Shown here: piece after piece, positions 12,327-25,747 of the stretch
Numbering within the stretch: the stretch's first letter is position 1
How the letters are laid out: each line of letters begins with the position of its first letter
Source: Blastocladiella emersonii ATCC 22665
Lineage: Eukaryota; Fungi; Blastocladiomycota
NCBI GenBank assembly: GCA_025594325.1
Contig: JANHCV010000001.1
Span: 2,666,001-2,730,000 of the forward strand
DNA: 64,000 nucleotides
Direction of reading: 5' to 3'
The notes under the pieces: model-generated
What the model was told of the DNA's origin: nothing
Seen by the model: only the letters and a program-made list of their open reading frames with translations
Database searches by the model: none
Made by a program: the position numbers and the translations under genes

Positions 12327-13027
12327 ATGGATCAAGACTTCGACGACATGGAGCTTCTGTGGGATCTGCAGACCAGTCTCACCATGCTGCTCGAACTGCT
12401 GCGCACCCTGGACGCTCTGGAGGACTTAGACGATGACGATGACGATGAAGAGGAGGAGCCGGTTTCCACCGACGACGAAGACGACGAAGACGAGGAGGAT
12501 GAGGAGGACGAGGAAGACGAAGGGGAGGAATCTGACGATGAAGATGACGAGGACGACGACAGAGAGCTACTGGACGGCGACGTCATCACCGAACCCGAGC
12601 CAGAGCACGCGGTCATGTCTCCGCTCGAGCGGGACGACCTCAACCAGCTTCCCAATTCGACCATGATGCTCTCGTCATCGAGCGGCCGCGGCACGGTGTA
12701 CGACCAGCTCACCAGTCGCAAAAGAATGAAGCCATCGGAGATCAACAGACTCCACGCCGAGGCCGAAGCAGCCGCGCGCAAGATCACCGACACTTGCCAG
12801 GCCCGCATGCAGTATTACGAAGCGGCTCTGGCGCAGGAGCAGCTGGCCCTCGATTGGCCCTTGAGCGTGAGCAATTGGCCCTCGAACGCGAGCGACTGGC
12901 CGTCGAGCGTGCGAGGCTCGAGCAGGAAGACGCCAAGGCTCGCCAGGACCATGGTCGCGATCACCTTCACGGCAAGGGGAACAAGCGGCCGCGCGAGACG
13001 TATGAGCTCGGCAGCGACGACGAGTAG
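12327..13027 (+). pseudogene. Acidic/coiled-coil protein with an apparent frameshift at 12853/12854 (pseudogene, allele or assembly error)
   Basis: The ORF has a D/E tract, then EQLAL. The heptad repeat continues in another frame as LALEREQLALERERLAVERARLEQE...ELGSDDE*. No GT-AG intron bridges the shift. Confidence 0.55.
12837..12911 (+). repeat. 21-nt tandem repeat (EQLALER units) with a ~10-nt deletion in the first unit
   Basis: gagcagctggccctcga|ttggcccttgagcgt|gagcaattggccctcgaacgc|gagcgactggccgtcgagcgt. Confidence 0.75.
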
Positions 13028-13505
13028 GAGACAATTTGTACATAAAAACAAGCAGTGGTTTCATTCACTCGCCTTGCCCACGACTTCCTGACCGCGGCTC
13101 CCTTGCAGCGCAAGTGACCTTGGAGCGTGTGCTTCAGGCGCACGTGGTGGCGCAACGCGATAGATGCGTCGACGACCTGCCGCCGCGGCAATGTGAAGAC
13201 CTCCGGCTCTGCTTGTCGGCGTGAATGAGCTTGAGGTTGATCACGGAACTATAACCTGAGAAAACTCGCGACCATCCATATCGCCGCCGCACGTTCGAGC
13301 GACGACTTGCTGAGCCGCAAGTTGCCCATCTCGAGGCCTCGTTTCGAGTCGGGGCCTCCGTCTTCGACGGATTTGGACGCGAACGGGCCGCTGCTGTCCG
13401 TGGATCACCGCGTTATCAAGACATTTTTCAACTGACGTCTTGACGAGGCGCGCGGGAAGACAGGAGAAACGACGCCGATGAGCAATTCCGAGCGGGATAT
13501 ATATT

Positions 13506-15185
13506 TCATTGCGACCCTGGCGGCCGATACATTGCAACGGCGGGCGACGGCGCGCCAGACGACATCCCACCATGCGTCCCGCCATAAGCCGAAGTGGCCG
13601 CCGCTGCCGCCGCTGCCTCTGCCTCCGCCGCGGCCGTCTTGGCCTCAAAGTCGGCCGTGCGGTTCCGCGCGGCCGAGATCTCGTTCTTGAGCGCGGTCAG
13701 GTCCTTGGTCGCCTTGCCGTGCTCCTTGGTCAGCAGGCGCACGTACGTGTCGACCTGCGACAGCTTGGCCTCGGCGCGGCGCACGAGAAGGTCGGCGGTG
13801 CCGAGCATGAGCTTGTCGTAGTAGACCTGCTCGGTCTCGGCGAGTTCGCGCGCGAGGGTGCCCGTCGCGGTGAGCGCCGCCGCGAGATCGTCGTTCGAGA
13901 GCGCGAGAGCAGGCTGATCCGCGTCGTCGTCGCCGTAATCGTGGTGCTGCGGAAGCATTTCGACGGCGACAGCGAGGCGGCCGAGTGCTTCGCGGGCGAA
14001 CCGCGCCGCGAGTCCGGGATTGACGTGGGCGGTGAGAAGCGTGACGATCGACATGACCGGGTTCGGCGCGTCGGCAAAGGGCGGCGTCCGGTCGGCCGTA
14101 TTCGCGCCGGGGAGGTCTGCGGTCTGCGCTTGAAGTGAGAGGAACTGCAGCAGGCACGCGGTGGCGGACCGACCGTGTCCGACGTAGCGCGCGACGGGTT
14201 CCCAGTCGTCGAGTGCAGACGACGGGTTGAAGTGGTTGATGCCGTCGAGCAGGTGCAGCACCTCGTCGTCGGTCCACGGGACGTGGTCGGCCGGGTCGGG
14301 CAGCGAGTCGAGCAGGACGGTCGTATCGAAAGCGCTGTCCAATGTCTCGGCAGGCGAGCCCGTTGGCGCAGCAACGGACGGAACAGCAACGTGCGGGATA
14401 AACGTGAAGGTGCCCGAAAAGCTGCCCGCGAAGCGGCCGGCGATGAAGCAAGCGGTGCACAGCGCCGTGTCGGGCTCGAGGATTGACGCGTAGAAGCCCT
14501 CGCACTGCGATTCGGACAGGTCGGCGGCGCAGCTACCACAGAACAGGTGCGGAAGCTGGTCGAAATTGTCTGTGACAGCGTCGAGCGTCGAGTTTGGCGG
14601 CCAGATTCCGGTCGGAAGCGTAGCGAGATCGGGCTTGGCCTTGGAGCGCGACAGGTGCGGGGCGAGGAGGCGGTGGTGTTCGAGAAAGTCCACGATGGCG
14701 ACGAGCACAAAGGAGGGCGTCGCGTCGGCCACGGTATCGTGAAGTGCGGTGGCAAGCTGTGCGACACTCGAGGACTGCGCCGAGAGGCAAGCGTTGCGGA
14801 TCGAAATGTACGCGCCGTCGCTCGGGCACCAGCTGTTGGGCAGCGAGAAGAGGAACTCGCGCTCGACGTTCGACACGACCTGCGGCGCGAGCCAGTCGGG
14901 CGCGGGGATCGGCAGCGCCTCCGTGTCTAAAGGCGGGATAGTCGACTCGGCGGTACCGTTATCGTCGGGCAGAGGGATGGCAGGCAGGTGGAGCAGGGCG
15001 AGCGAGGCCAGGGGCGTGACGCTCTCGGCCAAGTCGGTGGTGACGTCCGAGCGGCGGCTGATCTTCTTCTTCTCGGCGAGGGACTCGGCGGCGAGCACGC
15101 GCAGTTCGTCGTGGTCGCGTGGGACGGTGATGCCGGCGCCGCTGACCACGCCGTAGCCGCTGCCGGAGAAGGTGGTTGAGTCCAT
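13506..15185 (-). CDS. SWI3/Rsc8/SMARCC-family chromatin-remodelling subunit (SWIRM, ZZ finger, SANT)
   Basis: SWIRM-like WLAPQVVSNVERE...YISIRN; ZZ-like CGSC...LCTACFIAGRF; SANT WTDDEVLHLLDGI...DDWEPVARYVG.GRSATACLLQFL; PFADAPNPVMSIV; C-terminal coiled coil. Confidence 0.85.
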   Translation of the reverse strand: MDSTTFSGSGYGVVSGAGITVPRDHDELRVLAAESLAEKKKISRRSDVTTDLAESVTPLASLALLHLPAIPLPDDNGTAESTIPPLDTEALPIPAPDWLAPQVVSNVEREFLFSLPNSWCPSDGAYISIRNACLSAQSSSVAQLATALHDTVADATPSFVLVAIVDFLEHHRLLAPHLSRSKAKPDLATLPTGIWPPNSTLDAVTDNFDQLPHLFCGSCAADLSESQCEGFYASILEPDTALCTACFIAGRFAGSFSGTFTFIPHVAVPSVAAPTGSPAETLDSAFDTTVLLDSLPDPADHVPWTDDEVLHLLDGINHFNPSSALDDWEPVARYVGHGRSATACLLQFLSLQAQTADLPGANTADRTPPFADAPNPVMSIVTLLTAHVNPGLAARFAREALGRLAVAVEMLPQHHDYGDDDADQPALALSNDDLAAALTATGTLARELAETEQVYYDKLMLGTADLLVRRAEAKLSQVDTYVRLLTKEHGKATKDLTALKNEISAARNRTADFEAKTAAAEAEAAAAAAATSAYGGTHGGMSSGAPSPAVAMYRPPGSQ

Positions 15186-15433
15186 TTGACGATTATTTCA
15201 GCAAGATTTCAAAAGCTGCATGTGTTTCCCGACGCGTTGCATAGAGTGCGCGGTTCGAGCGAGCGAGAGAGGGAGGAGGAAAGCGGCGCGCCGTTGGGCG
15301 AAGTGGTGGTCGACGGCTGCGGCGGGAGTCACAGCACTCCGCCCGTCCCGCACAGCTCCTCTGCGTCGTCGTCCCGCCTCGCTGAATGCACAAAGCGCTG
15401 TCGTAACGCCGCTGCACCTGCACTGTAACCAAA

Positions 15434-19955
<4,522 letters not shown>

Positions 19956-20347
19956 GAGGACCAGTAAAACTTGCGGTGGCGGTGGCGAACGACTCGATTA
20001 CCAAGACGACGTAGTCATATGTATTTCCTTTGTTGCGCTTCTCTTCACTGTCTGCTCTTCTCGAAGCTCTTGAGTGAGGCCATGGCCACGAACGATGGCC
20101 AAGCGCGTGCGCGACGCGGGGTGCGGTGCGAGGGGACTTGGCGTCGGCGCGCTCCACGCCAAGGGACCAGCGCGGCCCACATGAACTCTGCACGCTTCCT
20201 CTCTCCCCAAGAGCACATACAAACCGCAACGTAACTTATTCTTCTCGACTGAGAGCACTCAGTCAGTCCCCACGACGACGGCCTAGACGAGAGCGCGAGC
20301 GCAACCCACCACCTTCAGCGATACCACACACCACCACCACCACCACC

Positions 20348-21510
20348 ATGTCGCGCGCGCACGGCAACGGATACCAGCCCATGTCGACGTCGAACGTGGA
20401 GCTCGACGAGGTCCGCGTCGACGCGGCCGGCAGCGCGACGCGGAGTCGCGGCGGGACCTACACGCACATTGACCAGTTCCTGCAAGGCGTACGTGCGCTA
20501 GTGTGCCTCGCTTCGGGCGCTGGACCCTGACGCTGCGTCGTTCCTCTAGATTATGCGCGTCGACGGCCAGCTCGCGCTGGTGCGCCGCGGGATGCAGGAG
20601 CTCGACGGCATCCACAAGCGGTTGCTGCAGCCCATCTCCGAGGCCGACGCGCACGCGCTCAACCAGAGCGTCACGCGCAAGTACGACGAGGTCAAGGGGA
20701 CGCTGGACGATGTCGGGATGCGTATCAAGGGTCCGTTCTGCTGCCTTGCATGCCGCACTCGACGAGAGATGACGCTGACCCGCACCACTCGTAGAGCTCG
20801 AAAAGGACGCGGGCAACGCGACGGCCGAGGGCACGGGCGACCGGCCCATGGCGCGGAACCAGCTGCGCAACGTGGGGCGCAAGTACCGCGACGCGGTGGC
20901 CGAGTTCCGCCAGGCCGAGATGGAGCACCAGCGGCGCGCGCGCGAGCACATGGCGCGGCAGCTGCGCGTGGTGCGTCCCGAGGCGACGGCGGCCGAGATC
21001 GACGCGCTGCTCGACAGCCCGCCCGACGGGCAGCCCGTGCGCATCTTCGCCGACAACGTGATGCAGAGCGGGCGGTACGCGAACGCGCGCAACGCGCTGC
21101 GCGAGGTCGAGGACCGCCACATTGCCCTGGTCCAGCTCAACCAGCAGGTCGAGGAGCTCGCGCAGCTGTTCATGGACGTGGCCACCATGGTCGAGGACCA
21201 GGACGCCCGCATCGACGCCATCTTCGCCAACGCCGACAGTATCGCCAAGGATATCACGACGGGCGCCGATGAGGTCGAGAAGGCCAAGGAGCACCGCAAG
21301 AACCAGATCAAGCTCCTGTGGAAGCTCAGCTGCCTGCTCGTCGTCATCGTCATCGCCGCCGTCCTCTACTTCCTCTTCGGCACCTCCGCGGGCCAGACCA
21401 TCATCGGCTCGGGCAGCAGTAGCAGCAGCTCGCCCACGCCGACGCCGACCACCGTCACCGTGACCGCGACCCCGACGGCCACGGCGCCCAACGCCCCCAA
21501 GCCGACGTAG
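20348..21510 (+). CDS. Syntaxin (Sso/Stx1-like Qa-SNARE) with S/T/P-rich tail after the TM anchor
   Basis: Habc helices, RQLRVVRPEAT..EID, SNARE motif ALREVEDRHIALVQLNQQVEELAQLFMDVATMVEDQ, TM segment LLVVIVIAAVLYFLF. Two introns near 20488-20549 and 20731-20795. Confidence 0.88.
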
Positions 21511-21636
21511 CGTTCTCGCTCCTTTTCGTGTCCTGAAAAACCGTTCCCACCACGCACTCGACCCCTCACCTTCCCTTCCTTCACTCTCAGCTTGAACAAG
21601 ATTTGTGTACTCAATGATTCTCTGCGCTGCGCGCCG

Positions 21637-23193
21637 TCAGATCATGCCCATGGTCATCGCCGCGACCTGGTCCTGGTCCACGGGCTTGCTCTCCTCGACG
21701 GGCTCGCTGTCAACGACGGCCGTGCTCTCGGCGGCCGACGTGGCCGCCACGAGGTCCGCGAGCCAGTCATCGGCAGCGGTGCGCAGGGCGGACCGGAGCA
21801 CCATGCGGTCCCACTCGGGGTCGGCGTGCGGGCCGTCCGTGTACACGGACTGCGAGACCGTGAACACGGCGGGGGCGGCGCCAGCGCCGTGGACGCGGAC
21901 GAGGTACGTGAGGAGCGCGGGGAGGTGTTCGGGGGCGGGGCGCGCCGGGTGAATGGCGACGACGATCGCGTCGTCGGCGCGCGGGCCGTCCGCGAGCGCC
22001 GACGTCACGGCGACGGCGCGGTCGACAGTCGCCGTGGCGAGCTCCTCGGGGATGTACGGGCGCAGGTCCACGGCGTCGGTGGCCTGGACGATCAGGCGCA
22101 TGTCGCGCGACTGAAACACGGCGGTCAGCACGTCGGCGGCGTCGCGCGCGGCCTCGGCCACGTTGCACACGCCGGCGACGCGCAGCGACACGGTCAGCTC
22201 CTGGGTCTCGGGCGCCACGGCGTCGAGGACCGACGTCACGCTGCGCGACACGAGACCGAGGAGCTTCTCGCCCGCGGCGGCGACCGACTTGGGGTCGGCG
22301 GCGGTCGGCACGACGCCGGCAGCGCGCGCGTTGGCGAGGACGCGCGCGGCGCGCTCGCCCGCGTCGTGGCGCAGTCCGTCGCCCACCTTGGCGGCCGTCG
22401 TCGCGACCTTGGTCACGAGCTGCGTCGCGGTCGCCGTCTCGGAGAGGACCGTCGCCGTGACGGACGAAAACCACGAGCCCCAGCCACCGCCGGTGCTCGG
22501 GCTCGCGGCGGCTGCCTTGGGCGGGGACCCGGCGGCCGGCGCAGCGGGCGTGTACGGGTTCAGCGACGGGGTGGTGGGGCGCGGCGACGCAGCCGTGGCG
22601 CCGGTCGCAGCGGCAGCAGCGGCGGCGGCAGGGTGCATGGGCGACGCGGTGCGCGACGGGAGCATGCTGCCCGCGGCGGCCAGCGAGGCATTGCTACCGC
22701 GCAGCGACGACGTGGACCCGGTGCGCGCGTGGCCGGGGGCAGCGGCCGAGCGCGGCGGGACCGCCGACGCGACGGGGGCCGGCGCAGGCGCGGGCACAGG
22801 GCTCGGAGCCGCCGCAGCAGTGGGGGAGGGAACCGGCGCAGTCGGGAATGCGCCGACGGCCGGGGCGAACGGCGAGGGCGCGAGGACGGGCGCGGGCGAG
22901 CCCGCCGCGACGGGCGGGACGACGACAGGCGCAAACGGCGAGCCGGTGGCCGGTGACGAGCCCGAGCTCGGCAGGAACGGGTTGGCGCCGACGGGCGGGG
23001 CGACGGCGGGCGCGAACGGGTTCGGAGCGCCCGTGGCGGCACCGAGCTGGACGCCCGCGAGCTGCGCCGTCATGCCGGCGACGGGCGGCGCCTGCTGCTG
23101 CTGCGCCTGGTCCTGCGGCGGCGGCGCGTTGAGCGCGTCAAGCGAGTCGAGGAAGTCGAGCACGTCGTTGCCCGTGGACGGCTGCGCGGACAT
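21637..23193 (-). CDS. MTC1: Maintenance of telomere capping protein 1-like
   Basis: N-terminal NDVLDFLDSL, P/A-rich linker, GGGWGSWFSS motif, VTSVLDAVAP, and C-terminal VFTVSQS...EWDRMVLRSALRTAADDW. This resembles the fungal Mtc1 architecture. Confidence 0.55.
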   Translation of the reverse strand: MSAQPSTGNDVLDFLDSLDALNAPPPQDQAQQQQAPPVAGMTAQLAGVQLGAATGAPNPFAPAVAPPVGANPFLPSSGSSPATGSPFAPVVVPPVAAGSPAPVLAPSPFAPAVGAFPTAPVPSPTAAAAPSPVPAPAPAPVASAVPPRSAAAPGHARTGSTSSLRGSNASLAAAGSMLPSRTASPMHPAAAAAAAATGATAASPRPTTPSLNPYTPAAPAAGSPPKAAAASPSTGGGWGSWFSSVTATVLSETATATQLVTKVATTAAKVGDGLRHDAGERAARVLANARAAGVVPTAADPKSVAAAGEKLLGLVSRSVTSVLDAVAPETQELTVSLRVAGVCNVAEAARDAADVLTAVFQSRDMRLIVQATDAVDLRPYIPEELATATVDRAVAVTSALADGPRADDAIVVAIHPARPAPEHLPALLTYLVRVHGAGAAPAVFTVSQSVYTDGPHADPEWDRMVLRSALRTAADDWLADLVAATSAAESTAVVDSEPVEESKPVDQDQVAAMTMGMI

Positions 23194-23425
23194 GGTTGGG
23201 TCGGTTGGTGCGTTCAGGTTACGTTGCAGCGCGCTCGATGGCGGGTGCGGATGGGGGAGAGCGGAGGGAGAGAGCGATGGCGTTCGCGTCGAGGGCGGCG
23301 GCGGCGGCGGCGAAGCGAAGACGACGTGCTGCAGATCGTCAACGTGATGCTTCCCGCGCTGCCGCACCACGCGAATGCAAACGAGTCAACGGCGACGAGC
23401 ACGCTCGCAACTTGGCGCAACCATC

Positions 23426-24434
23426 ATGGACGACATCATGGATCTGAACGAGGAGGGCATCATCGTCGACCCTGCGCACCTCAAGCCCGTGGCCGAGGTG
23501 CCCGTCGAAGCCCCCGTCGCGGCCATGTCGGCGCTGCCCATCGACAACGTCCTGTCCGGCAGCGCGTCCCAGCCGACCGTCCTGCCGCCCGCGCAGCCCA
23601 ATGATTCGCGCCCGAAACCAAGGTAGTTCACGGTCGCACCTTGCAGGACGGATGGACGCGCGACTAACGACGGCGCACTCATGTTGTAGCATCTACGATC
23701 GTCTCGCCGCTCCAGGACCCGCCGTGCCACTGAAGCGTGAGCACGACGCCGCGGACGCCACGCCCGTAGTGGACCCACCGCGCCGCGCGCCGCGCCGGCC
23801 CATGGGCCCGCTGAGCTCGCGTCTGTTCGGCGTGATTAACAACACGCTGCAGCAGGCGGACCGCGAGCGGGCGCGGCACGCGCCGCAGGACGCCAAGTTC
23901 AACGCGATCCAGGAGCGGATCCGGCGCGAGAAGCTCGAGCTCGAGGCCAAGCTGCGCGCCGAGGCGACGCACCGCCGCGAGCGCTCGCGCCTCGAGCGCG
24001 ACGTGACCGAGACGCGCGCCGAGCTCGACCGCCTGCACGCGCTCGAGGGCCGCGCCGAGCTGCCAACGTGTCTCGAGACGGCGGCCGCCCCGGGCGGCAT
24101 GCGCATCTTCTGGCGCCCGTCCAAGCACACGCCCGAGACCCGCGCGTTGCTCGAGGCCCAGGTCGCGTCGCGCGCCGAGGACGCCGTGCAGCGGATCGCG
24201 ACGCTCGAGCACGAGCTCGCTGCCGCCATCTACGCACTCGACCGGTTCCTCGCTGGCGAGCCCGCGGGCGACGCGGGCATGGACGTAGACGGGGAAGCGG
24301 GCGTGGACCGGTCGCGCACGCCCGAGCCGCCGAAACTCGAGCCGTCGCCCGCGGTCGACCACGCCCACGCGAGGACAGTCACGACGGCGAGCGAGGCCGA
24401 GGATATCTACGCCATGGCCGTGGACGAGCCATGA
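23426..24434 (+). CDS. Pinin/SDK/MemA-domain protein
   Basis: SRLFGVINNTLQQ followed by a coiled coil, then CLETAAAPGGMRIFWRPSKH (cf. pinin RRMFG.L.GTL...FI.T...P.IFY.P..H). One intron ~23623-23689. Confidence 0.6.
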
Positions 24435-24653
24435 CGTGACGGATCGGTGGAACGATATATACGCGAAATTTTGGCATCCCGCGCGTGTGTTAGTCGGATC
24501 TGAGACGCTCGAGGTGCGGGCAAGGAAGGAGTGAGACCATGGCCAAGTGCGCGTCACTCATCTCACTTGCGGTCCGCCGCCGCGCTCCCTCCCTCTCTCG
24601 AGCGCCGCCGTCGTTGCACACACGTATCCGAGACCACCATCGCCACCATCACC

Positions 24654-25640
24654 ATGCAGTCGCAGCAGCACCCGCAGCAGCAGTACCACCACCGACAGGG
24701 CCACCCGTCGGGCCCGACCATGGGCCACCACCCGGGCGACGGCCGTGAGCCCGAGCACCAGCACCAGCACGCGCGCGGGCACCCGCAGCACCCGCTGGCC
24801 GAGCGCCTGGCCATCGTCAACGCCATCGACAACCGCGAGATCAACCCGGCAACGGGCCGCGTGTGGACGCGCACCGAGCTCGCTCGCCGCTACGGGTACG
24901 CGGACCACAGCATCGCCAACATTTACGCGCACGCCGACGACATCCGCACGGCCGCACGCGAGATGGGGCTCGCGCACCGCGACCCTGCGTCCGTGTCGCG
25001 GCTCGGGCACTCGAAGCTGGGCCCGCGCACCGAGGGCGCGCTCGCCGAGTGGGTCACGTCGATGCTGGCGGACCGCGACCGCGTCGTGACGAACCGCGAG
25101 CTGCGCACCGCCGCGGCGATCCTGTACGACGCGATCCGCCGCGGCGACTCGGCCGGGCCCAACTTTGCCGACGAGGTGCTGCAGTGCGCGCAGCTGTCGG
25201 ACCACGACCTGACCGCGCGGTTCCCGTGGGTCCCGAGCTCGACGTGGGCCACCAAGTTCCGCGCCTCGCACGGCCTGCCCGCGTCGCCCGGCACCAATGC
25301 CCACCACGCGCAGACCCAGGCCGAGGACGACCGCCGCATCGTCGAGGAGGGCATGCAGCACGCGCCCGCCGTCGCTCGCGCCCTGCGCCGCGCCGGGTAC
25401 GCGGACGCGGCCCGCCACATGGACATGTCGATCGACGCGTTCCACCGCCAGTTCCAGCTCCAGACCGAGCACCACGCGCGCGGGTGAGTATGGGGAGTCG
25501 TGGCCGTGTGGGCCGAGAGTTTTGTCTCATTCGCATCCGATCCCGTTTTGTTGATCAGTCTCGCCATCACCGCGAAGCGACGCGACGCGGCACAGGCGTA
25601 CGCGTTTCGCGGTGGCGACGTGCCACGTGAGTCGGTGTGA
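24654..25640 (+). CDS. CENP-B/Tc5-type tandem HTH DNA-binding protein without a DDE domain
   Basis: ERLAIVNAI...TRTELARRYGYADHSIANIY (psq-like HTH); EGALAEWV...VTNRELRTAA...PSSTWATKFRASHGL (Tc5 HTH). Probable intron 25484-25558 (GTGAGT...CAG) adds a short last exon; otherwise the CDS ends at 25487. Confidence 0.7.
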
Positions 25641-25747
25641 CGACGCCGCGTTTTCGCGTTTCTCAGCTTCTCGCGCCGCAACGGTACGTTGCCGATCCTC
25701 TTGCTGCCCACCCGCAAACACGACGAAACCCCCTACGAATCGACACC

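Noticed and set aside
24654-25640. Active pogo/Tc5 transposon
   Set aside because: No DDE catalytic domain, TIRs or target-site duplication visible; codon usage is host-like.
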